Below are positions 13,101 through 25,891 of a stretch of DNA of 64,000 bases, piece by piece. The notes under the pieces are model-generated. The model was given only the letters and a program-made list of their open reading frames with translations. It made no database searches and was not told the DNA's origin. The stretch is from contig NC_092677.1 of NCBI RefSeq assembly GCF_964355755.1, forward strand, positions 19,738,101 through 19,802,100. The letters are read 5' to 3'. This DNA is from Antedon mediterranea (Eukaryota > Animalia > Echinodermata). How positions within the stretch are numbered: position 1 is the first letter of the stretch; every line of letters starts with the position of its first letter. The translations under genes were made by a program, and so were the position numbers.

Positions 13101-16100
13101 GATTTAATAGACATGATACATGTCACATTAAATAGAATTATGATGATAGTTTTTGCAATTGTAAACTATTTTATAATACATAGTTATTAACAAACTAGTG
13201 TTTATTCACTTTTACAGACAATTATTTACTAACAAGCTAAGTTAGTTCACAAAAAAGGCCTAACACAGCAACACCAAAAATCAACGAATATTACTCAGCA
13301 CGGCCTATTCTTTACCATTGCCGTGTACTACTGTACGCCCGGTAAATTAAGTATTGTTTTTATGATATAAATTAGTATAAAACACATGTTATTAATAGGA
13401 GAAAATGTTAAATGTCATTAACATTTATTTGTTTTACCAGAAACAAGTTAAATATAGGAATATTATTAAACTATCCTTCGTGAAAACGCGTAAACACCAA
13501 CATGCCCGGTCACGCTATTGTAGCGCCCGGTTGATAAATCAAACTGTTTATACGGCAGTTTTTACTAAATAAATTGCATAAAACGAACAATTAAATATTC
13601 AAATAGTATTTAACATGATGTTGGCATGTAGTTGATAACATTTTTATCATCGGAAAATACTCCGGTGGTCCAGCATTTGATTAGTGAAACCTTCACAAAA
13701 AGTTGTATACATCCCAGATACATCCACACTTATGGCGGCGCCCTACCACATGGACAATATTACTGTAACAGGGAAAGTCGCGGATTACTCATTCTTGTGA
13801 TATATATTCTTTGGTGTACTCAATGGATGAACTCTACAACGTGGTGCGTACAGAAAGTACGTCATTCGGCCACCAGCAACGATCGTGTTTTGAAAGATAT
13901 TGTTGGGTCTTTTCTACCTTGTTTTTTTTAATGAGTTTTCTCAAATACTTAATAAATATGACTTAAAAATATATATAAACAAACCCTGAAAGCAAACTAG
14001 GCCTAGAATAGTAGTACTGTACTCCGATCCCGGTAGTAGGCCTACTAACTAGGCCTAGTATTTTCAATCACAGATTGCATCATGATTCATGGAGGTTTTT
14101 ACCTCCATGATTGCACTATGATAAATAAATCGATTTTTTATTTCAAATAGGCCTATATTTTGTTATATAAAATGCTGTTATCCTGTACTGTAATTCCAGT
14201 TATTGTCTGTTTGATGATAATAATATATATGAACAAAACATCAACAAATTATAAATACAGTTCGCTGCAGTTGAATTACTCAATGCAGTAATGCATGAGT
14301 GAATATGGACAGTATTGTTAGTACCTAATTACACGCGAGCCACGCGTTTTTCACACCCGTGTAAAATGTGTGGGCTTGGTATATGATATGTAGTCAGTAC
14401 TGTATGTTTAATTGAAAGTGATTGCATATTGAGTGAGTCACTCATCAAACCTTAGGGAGTAACACCCCTAACCTGGAATATGCCCTAATATTGTTCTGTA
14501 CAGTAAGACATTTCATTCCATTCATTTCACTTTATTTATTTATTCATGGTCAAACACAGTAAAATATGTACATGGTTTGAAATTATTTTGTTTGTTCCAA
14601 GTTTTTCAGTTTTTCATGAAAATATAAAATGAGTTAAAAAGGTTACAATTTTGTAAAATACAAATAAAACACATCCTTCAAAGTACAGATAAAATACATA
14701 ATTTAAAATACAAAATACAATCAAGATTGGTGTGTGAAGAGGGTAGCATAAAGTGATAAACGTTCCCAAGTTTCATTGAATTGCCTCATTGCAGTAGGGA
14801 GAAACGAGTTTCTCATTCTATTGGTTTTCCATCCTGACTTACTATCATCATGTGCTGTTTGCAAAAAGTGGGACAGTCCCTTTTCGCGTTCGTTCTAGTA
14901 TATCAGGATGCAGCAGTTCGGGTCGTATCGTATACGGAGGAACTTGTTTATAAATGATCAAATACGCTGTCGTATACGGTTCGTATATGCTGATTATGCG
15001 GACAAGAACTTCGGAATTGACGTGTACGTTTCGTATATGAAGTGGACGTCCTATACGAAACATAACCAAAACATCGTATATGTTCGTATACGGCTTTTTG
15101 TAAAGGGTATGATCGTTTTGAATAAAGTTCAGAGTGAATTTGAATATGGTTTGATTTCTTTCATTTATACCTTCTAAAAAAACATACGATATACAGAAAC
15201 GGCATTTAAACGTGATTCCGAATTGTAGAACGTCATCCTATAGTAGTATCAAATTACCAAATATCGTCGACAGTGCGATGACTATTGAAACGGCAGCCTT
15301 TGTTCAATACCGCTAGTGACTACCCTCGACAGGAGGAAGTCTGGCGCGGTTCCACAAAGGCTTTTACTGTTACGTGTCATGTTACTCGATTTTCCACGCC
15401 TATGTTTTCAGTACTGTATGTTTTTTAGTGGCTACAGTACTTGAATTTCTGAAAAACATCGTAACTACGAAATTCTTCAATCTTAAACATTTTTTTTTTA
15501 TTAATCTGTTGAACTTAATATTTAGGTATATGTCCTTGAAATTTTAAAATATTGACATTGAATGTCCTTGAAATGTCCTGGAATTTTACTAGCTCACAGG
15601 TGTACGAACCCTGATGCATTATCTCCTTTTACTATTAGGGTAGTGGGTTATTATTATAGATTGACTATTGACTGGGTTACACTATTACTATTAAAGGGAG
15701 GGTTACTATTATTAGAGTGTGGGTTACTAATTGAAGATTGATTAATATTTAATTTCCTCAAATTGCTGTAAATAAATATAGGTAGAGCTAAATAAGCATT
15801 GAGTTTGCCGTTTCACACAAAGTGTGCTCTTTTCGGGGATTCCCCTAGACGTACGTACGTTCACATTGAACGTGAACGCAAGTGAATGATAAAAAAAGGT
15901 ACGGATACGATCGTTTTGCTCTTGGTAGCATGCTGCATGAGAGTGTCTTTTCCGACCAATTAGAGGTGCTATTTATCATGAATGTTATGTGCGAGAGTAC
16001 CATTTCCGGCCATCTAGGGGTGTCATTTAACCAAATTCGCTTCGCCCCTCAAGATTTAGGATGGCTTTTAGGTAAGGGTAGAATTAAACGACTTTAAACT

Positions 16101-19100
16101 AATTGCAAACGTATCAGATTAACATAATTCGTTTTTGCTGTAGCATACGTCGATACACAGTACACAACGTAACCGTCTGTAAACTTCGCCTGGAAAGTAA
16201 TACAGTACTACGACACATTTTGGTCCCTGGATGGAATATGATATCACGCGTTTGGACCCAACGCTGAACGATTCGTACAAAGGGATACCGCCAGACAAGT
16301 GCGTACCTATTTTAATAGTTAGTTTTAATAGTTGGATCGCTGGCAATAATGAATGCATAATAGCCCTCTGACGTACTCGCGGTTTTTACTGTATTCCCCG
16401 ACTCGACAAAAATTACCTGTGTTCCCAGATTGTGGGTGGGGGGAGGGGGCGATAGGCTCCCAGACGAGGGGAGGGGATAGAGCCCACGCGGATACACAGT
16501 TGATGATCTTAACCTGGATGTTTTACTATTTTATGAGATTTAAAACATATTTTTTCTTATGCCAATTGCGCATTCTTTTGACATCATACTTTACTATCTT
16601 ATGATGTCATAGCTACGTTATATGGTAATTTAAATATTAATTGGAAAGTTTAATACCACATTTATATAGCGGCTATTCTGAATTTATGCTAATTAACCTT
16701 TTTGATGTCTGACCTTATCATGTTCATTTCAACAGGAAAATGTTAGAAAATTATTTTCCTGCGGTTTCTACATTTTTTTTAGCATAGGATGTCATTTAAG
16801 CAGTTATAACATAATATATGACGTCACAACTACCTTATGACGTTATAGTTACGTCATATGGTAATTTAAATATGCTAATTTGGATGTTTAATGTCACATT
16901 TATATTTACTCGTAATGCACTTAGGTGGTCTAAAACCAACCGTTCAGGAGATACGGGAACTTCAAATGGTAAATGGTGGCCATTTTGAATTTATGCTAAT
17001 TAACCCACTTTCCGGTGTCCGATTTCGGTAAACTTTGGATATGATGTTTATTTGGACCATATCAAGTAGACAACACAATTCTGTTGCATTTAACATATCT
17101 AAACGATTTCCTCTTCATAAAATGACACTTATTTGACCTTTGACCCTTCATATCTCGAAAAGGCCCCCCCTCCCCGTCGCGATCAACAGTCATATTCGTA
17201 TTCTACAGCCAAAATTACCCCAGAAAAAATTGATGAAGTAAATTCTGCAAAAAGTGACACCTATACCTCAAATACGACTGGTCTATAATGGTGGAGAGGG
17301 TGATACTCATCCGACATAATGTTTATTTTATTTTTAATATTTTATTATATTTATTTTTTATCTTTAGCATTTGTTACAACCGCTAATGTAGAAAACGCCA
17401 GCTAATGTCGAAAACAACCGTAAATGTAGAACAATCCACCGCTTATGTAGTAAATGTTGTATATTTAAAAAAAATTTCTTATTCATGTGCAAATGCAATC
17501 AGTCTTTCCACCTCTCATAAGCAACCAACTTTCTAAAACGTCCACACATCGTAATAAGCTATCATCTCTGTTAAGGGTCCGCTTCTCATAATCGACCACC
17601 TCTCGTAAGGGACCGCTTCTCATAATCGACCACCTCTCGTAAGCGACCACCTCTCTTAACGACCACACCTCTCGTAAATGAACACCTCTTTTAAGAGACC
17701 ACGACCTCTTTCTCTCTATTAAAGGACCGCTTCTCGTAATCGACTATCTCCCGTCACAACGACCTCTGGTAATTGACAAACTCTAAGGGACTACTTCTTA
17801 TAATTGACCACCTCTCATAAGTGATCACCTCCTCTAGTCATAAGGAACCGCTTTTCATAATCGACCACCTCTTGTAAGCAACCACTTCTCTTAAGGACCA
17901 AATCTCTCGCAAGTGACCACCTCTTTTAAGGGACCACAACCTCTTTCTCTCTATTAAAGAACTGCTTCTCATAATAGATTATCTCCCGTCACAACGACCT
18001 CTGGTAAGTGACCACCTCTATTGAACGACCACCGTCTCTTTTAAGCGACCATTTATCATAATGGACCCTCTCGGAAGTTGTCAATGATGAGAAGCGGTCT
18101 CTTAACAGAGACAGTGGTCACTTACCAGATGTCATTGTGATGGGAGATGGTCGATTATGAGAAGCAGTCCCTTAGTAGAGGGTCCTTTAAAAGATGTCGT
18201 CACTTACGAGAGGTGGGGTCGTTAATATTATAATAAAGAAAGAATTATGAAAATATGACTTGTAGTTTTCGAAATATAGGGTTTAAAACATTGCCGAAAA
18301 TGATCGTTTTTAGTCATGATGTAAACGAATTGCGCTCTCAGTCGAGAAATTTCTTATAAAAATGAAATGATTGTTCCAGATTAGAACTTTGAGCTTTTAG
18401 TTTTGTCTTATTGTTTTGATTTTCCTAGGGAATATACTGCATATATCCATATCTGACATGTAGGAAAGTAGATATCACACGAGATGATGTACGTGTTCTC
18501 CTGACAGAAGAAAATCCATTTAGTTCTAAACTATTTAAAGATACAAAGACTGCCATTGAGGCTTTGGGTAAGTTCTTAAAATAATGTACCAGGAGCAGGC
18601 AAAAAATATCTATTGATCATACATTTTTATAATAATTTTCCCTATGTTTCAACATTTTTGGGAATTTTTGTTTTGTTTTACACGATTTTGTTGAAAATAC
18701 TGTTAGCACTTGTTATCACCTTTGACCACTTTTAATGACCTTCCTTCTAACCGTTTGTCTCTGTGTTTATTGTTTGCTGGTTATCTTAAATTGTTTAAAA
18801 ATGTTGGTTTTTTTTAATGATTCCCTTCCCCTTTAGGATGATCTGTTATCGCTTTTCAGATAGACGACTACCTGGAAACTTAGTTAAATCTTTAAATCTT
18901 TCTATGTAAAGTTTTGTCTATTACTATTAGAAAAAGAATTTTATTCAATATGATTACAATAATAACCATGTTCTAGAAAGAGTTTACTGTCATAAGGATC
19001 TTGGTATTATTATTTACTGTAATTTAAATTTTATTCCGCAAATTAATGCGGCTGTTAGTAAATAGAATGCTTGGCATGATATGTAGTAATTGCTGGTATT

Positions 19101-21299
19101 TTAAAAATGTTTATTGCTTCCACATCCAGACTGTTCTGCATACAAAGCATGTTTTAAAGAGTAACATTCTGGAGACATTGATATTGTACTCGATTCGTTT
19201 ACAAAGGAGAGAGGGTATTGTTGAGTATTATATTATTAATTATATTATGCCATAAATGTTTGTATTTATTTCTTTTTGATTTAACAGCACAGGGAAGTGT
19301 CATCTTTGTATATGATCCAAAGAAATTGTGAGTTGATCATCATTTTTTATACAGTATAATTGTATACTATTAATCTGAATGATTGAAATTTGAACTTATC
19401 CACGCAATGCAAAATGCATGTATATTAAAATATGTGGATGTCAAGTTAAAATTTTTATAAATTTATAGTGTACTTTGTAGCTTTGAATTTTCAGCAGACC
19501 ATGCATCAACAATCAAAGTTAATTAACAGACAGTTATGCAACTCCCACTTATGCAACTATTTGAACATGGTTCCTTCATCAATATGTGATTTGTGTGTGA
19601 AAGATAAATGTGATAATAGATAAGCAAGATGCGCTCTATAGGATTTTACAAATAACAATTTTCAAAAGGCCATATGATGACTTCATAGTGTATGATCGGC
19701 CAAAAGTGTCCATACAATACCATCCAGAAATCATCTACCCTTGCACGAGGAGTCGATTATGAAAATGTTTGGCAGCTACTTCCGGTTAAAAATTGGAAAT
19801 CGCTGTACAGCTAAATCATTACATAAAAAAGATGCCAACTCTATTATTATTATTATTATTTTTTTACAGTAAAGAAAGTTAAAATATAAACTTTTTTTTT
19901 GATTTATTAACGGTTATATATAATTTTATTGAATTGATAGAAATGTTGTAGTGATATTAAGTATTAAAGTATGACTATGGTATGTACATACAAAAAGGAG
20001 TAGATAGTAAATATAAGCCTAAAAGTTTTGTTTTATGCGGAGCTATAAATTCATAGTTTAATAATTGATATGGTAGGTCAAAACGTTCAGTGTGGTCAAC
20101 ATAAATTACCCGTCAGATATTTTATGTATTCTGCCATTATTATGTGAACTTTAAAGATTGCTGTACATACAGTACATCATGTCTCAAAATTGGCTGTTTG
20201 TTTCTTCTAGACCTGCCAGCTATATGCTTACATTGTTTAAAATATTAATGTATTAGAGGAGCTATAAATTCATGTTTTAATATTTAGGCCGTTTACAATT
20301 TCAAAAAAGTGCGAGGCATATCTTTAACGTGCTGTGATATTACCAATTACTTATATTTTATAATAGACGCTATATCTAAATAGATTTCGTGTATACACTC
20401 ATCATGTTGTTTATTTTTATGTAACGATTTTTTTTTATTTCATTCAATCCTGTCAAATTATTTGAGTTTACCTTTACAACAGTTATAGTTTTCATCCTTT
20501 TGCGCCATTTTTCCTCCGATAAATTAAAATAATTGCTATAGCGACACACGTCAAGTGACTCGGTGCATGCTTGATTAGAATTTTGAGGGTGTTCACTTTA
20601 CAATTAATAAGGACTTTTAGATTGTGCACAAGGTCAAATCAACTTTTTTTGGGGGGAACTAATTATTATGCCTAATGGACATTAAAACATCTGGACAATC
20701 TCTTCTCTGGACCTTCCTTGGGCAAAGTTGTGAAAATTACCTCGCTGTGGCCAGTGGTTGTCAAGATCTAAGGACCTACTGGTGTTTGGTCTTATAACGT
20801 TTCACCTTGACCTTTTGCCACATGTGTAACCAAGCCAAAAATTATTGTTTGACCACCCTATACCAATTTCTTAAGTCAAATTCTCTGGACCTCAAAGTGC
20901 ATACGAAAGTTGATATAGCTACTAGAGTATAACTGATACACATACAACTATAGTTAATTACATCTCTTAAAACAATCTTGTTCGTCGTCACATGGTTAAT
21001 CTGATAACTAACATAAAACATAGAGTAATATCAAAGATATATTAAAAATATTTATACTTGTTTTTCCTGCAATGCCATTTTATTTTGAATAAACCTTAAT
21101 TGAATTCCTATCCTTATTTTTCAGCAATAAAGATTCACAAGATCTTGTATTGTACATTGTTGGATGGCGTGGAAAAGCATCTGTTCGTTCATTTGTTCCA
21201 AAAGGTGATCGATTTCACATATTACGACTCTGTGACATGTTACCAGATGTAACAGATAAAGTGATTGTTAATGCTGCCGGTAAATCCTTAGATGTATAA
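1082..21299 (+). CDS. NSUN2: RNA cytosine-C5 methyltransferase NSUN2 (Trm4), 3' portion; 5' exons lie upstream of the window
   Basis: AG/GT-bounded, phase-compatible exons 1082-1197, 2009-2112, 3747-3891, 9570-9662, 10893-11028, 11556-11633, 18429-18567, 19288-19327, 21125-21299. The joined translation includes TMWPP..[72 protein letters not shown] and VGWRGKASVRSFVPK, matching the conserved NSUN2 C-terminal half. Stop TAA at 21297-21299 unless the GT at 21280 is used as a donor. Confidence 0.93.
2009..2112 (+). CDS. NSUN2: NSUN2 exon ([26 protein letters not shown])
   Basis: Conserved R.LPH...GGFF.A..K motif; cacag| acceptor, |gtacat donor. Confidence 0.9.
2675..2740 (-). mobile_element. 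degenerate tRNA-derived (SINE-like) head
   Basis: Minus strand has TGGCTTGGTGG (A-box-like) and GAGATCGAGTCTC (B-box-like) at tRNA-like spacing. Confidence 0.4.
3747..3891 (+). CDS. NSUN2: NSUN2 exon, acidic low-complexity linker
   Basis: Open frame between ttag| and |gtaagt; phases match both neighbouring exons. Confidence 0.75.
4487..4817. repeat. 21-bp minisatellite (GGGCCCAATAGTCTTAACATT), about 15 copies
   Basis: Direct tandem units, each containing the 12-bp palindrome ATTGGGCCCAAT; explains four spurious periodic ORFs. Confidence 0.97.
5300..6900 (-). mobile_element. decayed Helitron Rep/Hel transposase, N-terminal part
   Basis: Ordered fragments CPFC..CCHKGKVKLPP, PSYSQLYTLE, DPMVYPILYPFG, GKLFQQYIVDAYVRIEASRLHYI..LRVELYEG, PSSFKASPR, GKPDIFLTF and DQPDIVA are typical of the Helitron-like N domain; many stops and frameshifts. 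Confidence 0.85.
9085..9392 (-). mobile_element. short non-autonomous Helitron-like element
   Basis: Minus strand starts A|TCTATATTAG, carries a (GTTT)n tract and ends CTAG|T after a GC-rich segment. Confidence 0.5.
9570..9662 (+). CDS. NSUN2: NSUN2 exon ([30 protein letters not shown])
   Basis: KEDPFVF motif with canonical splice sites. Confidence 0.9.
10893..11633 (+). CDS. NSUN2: NSUN2 exons 10893-11028 and 11556-11633
   Basis: [29 protein letters not shown]..KLK and [26 protein letters not shown]; canonical splice sites. Confidence 0.9.
11755..14402. mobile_element. non-autonomous Tc1/mariner-type DNA transposon, about 2.65 kb
   Basis: TIR CAGTACTGACTACAAATCATGTACC / GGTATATGATATGTAGTCAGTACTG, with TA flanking both ends; no transposase ORF seen. 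Confidence 0.75.
14510..14850 (-). mobile_element. 3' fragment of a LINE (L2/Rex1-like)
   Basis: Minus translation KTNRMRNSFLPTAMRQFN resembles a LINE ORF2 C-terminus; simple-repeat A-rich tail near 14510-14545. Confidence 0.45.
15800..16500 (-). mobile_element. truncated inverted copy of the hAT-type element at 23910-25331
   Basis: 16120-16480 is the reverse complement of 23940-24510 (shared GTACGAATCGTTCA.CGTTGGGTC and GGGAACAC.GGTA.TTTTTGTCG). Confidence 0.75.
17500..18220. repeat. degenerate GACCACCTCTCGTAAG short-period repeat array with an inverted arm (MITE-like)
   Basis: Many GACCAC(C/T)TCT units at 17570-18060 and their reverse complements at 18080-18220. Confidence 0.7.
18429..19327 (+). 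CDS. NSUN2: NSUN2 exons 18429-18567 and 19288-19327
   Basis: GIYCIYPYLTCRKVDITRDDVRVLLTEENPF and QGSVIFVYDPK; canonical splice sites. Confidence 0.88.
21125..21299 (+). CDS. NSUN2: NSUN2 probable last coding exon
   Basis: LYIVGWRGKASVRSFVPKGDRFHILRL; in-frame TAA at 21297; AATAAA near 21668. Confidence 0.85.
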
Positions 21300-21819
21300 C
21301 AGCAATTTAGAGATTTCAAATGAAATACAAATGAACAAAAAAAAAATGATGTACTCATTAATATTATGTTTGTAGCATTTTAAGTATGGAGTCTTCATAT
21401 TAAAGAAAAGACCCAATAAGCCATATGTGTAAAAATGAGGGTAAAAGTAGTTGCTAAATCGAATGTCCCAGTGATCTAATGTCTGCTTATCAATCAGTAA
21501 TTGTTTTGAAAAGTTTTGATATACTGTACATAGGAACTTATAAAAGATTTGTAGGATAGAGTACATGCAATGCCTAACGTCAAGTCTTGTTTTAAACATA
21601 CTTAATACCCCTTTCACACCAAGAGCAAAACTCCTTTTGGTTTATTAGATTTGTGTTAAAAGTGGTAAATAAAAATTTATTGCATTTTCAAACGCAGTGT
21701 TTACCTTTTCTTTTCATCAAATGAATAGTTTGAATATGTAGTTATAGAGGTAAAGGGTTTACTTGCACCCTCTAAGAAACTATATTCTGTTGTTTTGCTT
21801 CTTTATCTACTAGATAGTA

Positions 21820-22390
21820 TGTTGAACCCACAAATGTGAAAACAACCACAAATGTGAAAACACATCACCCACAAATGTGAAAACAACCACAAATCTGAAA
21901 ACACATCACCCACTAATGTGAAAACAACCACAAATCTGAAAACACATCACCCACTAATGTGAAAACCACAAATCTGAAAACACATCACCCACTAATGTGA
22001 AAACAACCACAAATCTGAAAACACATCACCCACTAATGTGAAAACAACCAAAAATCTGAAAACACATCACCCACTAATGTGAAAACAACCAAAAATGTAA
22101 AAACACATCATCCACTAATGTGAAAACAACCAAAAATGTAAAAACACATCATCCACTAATGTGAAAACAACCACAAATCTGAAAACGCATCACCCACAAA
22201 TGTGAAAACAACCACAAATCTGAAAACGCATCATCCACAAATCTGAAAACACATCATCCACAAATGTGAAACAACCACAAATCTGAAAACGCATCACCCA
22301 CAAATGTGAAAACAACCACAAATCTGAAAACGCATCACCCACAAATGTGAAAACAACCACAAATCTGAAAACACATTATCCACAAATGTA
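21820..22390. repeat. about 42-bp tandem array (ACAAATGTGAAAACAACCACAAATCTGAAAACACATCACCC) at the end of a dispersed element
   Basis: About 13 units starting GTTGAACCCACAAATG; an inverted relative at 59540-59693 ends GGGGTTCAAC. Confidence 0.9.
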
Positions 22391-23909
22391 ATAAAGAGAA
22401 AGTGAAAATGATTAGGCCTAATGTCAAAAAAAAGAAGAAGAAATTGTCACCCACAAATGTAAAAAAAAACAACAAACCAATTCATGTCAAATTTAGTGCT
22501 ATAGTTCGTATGCTCACCAATTTTTAATAATAATATAATATATAATAATCGATAGAAAGTCTGCACGCATACATCGGTGGAACCCGACGTATGATTGCGG
22601 ACGAATTCTCCTCCAAATAAAAGGGCCACCTTTTTAGGCTTTTAGGTTTAAAACTTTTCAAGTATAAGTGTAATTTTTGTAGACCTGCAGCTCTAGTTTT
22701 CAAAATTTCCTTAGCTTAGCCCAAAAGTCCTGTAGACTTATAATTTTGTTTTATCGCGCCGCTGCTCTATCCAGCTATGTCCCATGAAGAAATATTTATT
22801 AATAAGCTGTTTCATAGCGGTAGCTTTAGTATCCAAGGCCGACAGTTTTGCGAATTTACAAACTCGACTATAATTATAGGTCCTAGCTGCTAGACCCAAA
22901 AAACGTCTGGGAAAAGAGAGTCTATGAGGGCTCACGGTTGAACGATTTTGGTTTCTTGCCCTTTGGTTGGTTGACGCGAATCAACAGATTGTGGAAGAAT
23001 TTTCAGTAAAGGAAAGGAACACCCTAATATCTTACCTAACTATTATAAAAGTAACCCTACCAACTTAATATTCAGAACAATTTATGTTTAAATCGGATTT
23101 GTAGTTTTCTAGTAAACAGGATTTTAAAGCTGTTTTCAAGACATTTGAAAAGGTAACGGGACGATTCTAATAACACAAATAAATTCGTAGTGATGATACA
23201 CACACGCTATATAATGATATTGACAAACGACGAATGCTCATAGATTTCTTTTTATTTAATCAAGCGTGCATCTTACATAAAATAAACTGCTTAATCTAAC
23301 AATAACATGCTGCAGTATATTACATAAAGTTGCGTATACTGCAATATCAATTATCACTTAAACGGAAATATATTGATTACAAATTATTAATGCAAGGTTA
23401 CAATTTTATTTTATAGGCCTACCTTCAGTCTTATTGAAAGTGTTTGCGAACCCTGTTATGATTAGGTCATTCGATCATCTGGGCCGCGAATTTTTTTTCT
23501 GGACTCTTAGGCAGAAATCATGAATAATGCATGATATCAACTAAAATGTATTTTCTAAATGGCTTGCGACGACACACCCTATTTGATCTATTTTCCATGT
23601 TTATAGCGTCCAATATAATTTAAGCAGTAATTAATCTCATAAATTATTTGTGTTTCTGCTGCACTATAAATAACATATTTTAAAAATGTAGTCTGATTGG
23701 TTGACCTGATTCATTGTCTACGCGCATGTCTTCTCTATGAGTAAAGAATTTTGACTTTCGGATAGAGGAGGGTTTTAATTCGAATGCTAAAAATATGCAT
23801 TGTTTGTAACTGTCTTTTATTGTTGAATTAGCGCCACTATCAGGTTTAATACAAACAAAGCCAGGACTGTTTAAACATACCATTGATTAAGTGCTTCTCT
23901 TGTCCAGTG

Positions 23910-25331
23910 CAGTGGTGGCGCCAGCGGGGGGGCTACGGGGGCTCTAGCCCCCTCGTCGGGGAGCCTAGCCCCCCCGTCGGGGAACACGGGTACTTTTTGT
24001 CGGGGAATATAATATACAGTAAAAAACGTTCGCGTTCACTTCATAGGCCTATAGCTTCAGCGCCTAGAAAACCACGACGTTCAATTGACCGTGAGAGTAC
24101 GTCAGAGGGCTAATATGCACTTTTATGCAATCTAACTTACTACTAAACATTAGCTAGGTACGCACTTGTCTGGCGGTATCCCTTTGTACGAATCGTTCAA
24201 CGTTGGGTCGAGACGCGTGATATCAAGTTTCATCCAGGGACTAAAATGTGTAATGTGGTTATTTTCCAGGCGAAGTATACCGACGGTTACCGAAGGGAAC
24301 ACGGGTACTTTTTGTCGGGGAATATAATATACAGTAAAAAGCGTTCGCGTTCACTTTTGTACGAATCGTTCAACGTTGGGTCGAGACGCGTGATATCATG
24401 TTCCATCCAGGGACCAAAATGTGTACTGTAGTTATTTTCCAGGCGAAGTTTACCGACGGTTACGTCGTGTACTGCGTCGACGTACGCTACACTACAGCAA
24501 AAACGAATTATGTTAATTGTTCGTATGTTCACCAATTTTTTAATTTACAAGTAACCTTCTGTACCGTGGGGCACCTAAAATAAATTTTTCATCCATTCCG
24601 TACTAAACAAAAAAACATGCTATTTTCGCTTAGCCAACATCTTATTATAGCTAAGTTATTACATTTTCAATATCCTGTAGGCCTATGTCATGAATTTCTC
24701 ACCACTCGGAAGTCCAGATGGTACGCACGCATACACTTGGGAGGAATAAACTTATTTCCCCGACTGAAAAAGGTATACGCTTGCGCTTTTTAAGCCTCTA
24801 GGCCTGACGTTTCCGAAGTATAAAATGCAATTTTTTGAAGACCTGCAGCTCTAGTTTTAAACATTTTCTTAGCTCAGCCCCAACAATAAAGCTGGTCATA
24901 TTTCGAAGAACAAGAAGTGCATTTTCCGGGACCTAACATCTCTATTTTTCAAACATTTCTTAGCTCAGTCACAACCATGATAGGGACTTATATATTTTGG
25001 ACCTCCAACTCTATTTTTCTAAATTTTCGTTGAACTTTTATTTTTTAAATTGAAAAATATGGATTGAAACAGTCATCGCGCATCGTTTTTTTGCACGCAG
25101 TATTTTATTTATGCATTATAAAAAATGGAAAAAATGGCTACCCTAAATCTGATTAAAATGACCTCAAATGACGCTAGAATGCGTTGCTTCCGGGGGCTTC
25201 GCCCCCTGGACCCCCACCGGGGGCCCTTGCCGGCCCCCTGTCCCCCAGCCTAGTGATGCTCGCTTCGCTCGCATAGCCCCCTCGTCGGGGAATGTAGCCC
25301 CCGCGTCGGGAAGATCCTGGCGCCACCCCTG
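23910..25331. mobile_element. non-autonomous hAT element
   Basis: TIR CAGTGGTGGCGCCAG / CTGGCGCCACCCCTG; perfect 8-bp TSD GTCCAGTG at 23902-23909 and 25332-25339. Confidence 0.9.
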
Positions 25332-25891
25332 GTCCAGTGCCCACCTTGACCAGAGGAAATTAAGGCATGGGCCAATGCGTCTGAGGCAGATACTAGATGC
25401 AGGGGCTGCCATAAGAGTCAGCAATACTGATTTCAAATGCCTAACGGGACCCCAGCTTCATATACAGTACTCGATATTCCAATCCAAGCTCTAACCAGGC
25501 CCAACGTTGACAGGGTTAGGTTTTATATTATAATCATAATCTGGAAATACCAGTTTTTTATGAGATGTGACAATTCTAAAAATCTATCGCCGTCTCGTAC
25601 CAAATTTGTTGATCAGATGAAATCTATAATTATTATGACAAGCGACACGCGCCGCCAAACGATGTAATTTGTTCAACTTAATATAGGCCTACACATAATT
25701 CTTAAATGTTAAATGCTCTAATAAGCCTAGCATTGTTAAGTTATATTATTACTATTATTGTTACCACAGAAAAATCATTACACAAGCAAATTTCAGTTTT
25801 TAGCTTTCTTCAAAGTTAGTCTTGACATCCTCTTTATTAAATTTTCATTATAGATCACTTAACGCGATCTTTATTTTTGTTCATCTTTCGG

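Noticed and set aside
25164-25494. GC-rich ORFs as genes
   Set aside because: They overlap the GC-rich subterminal region of the hAT MITE.
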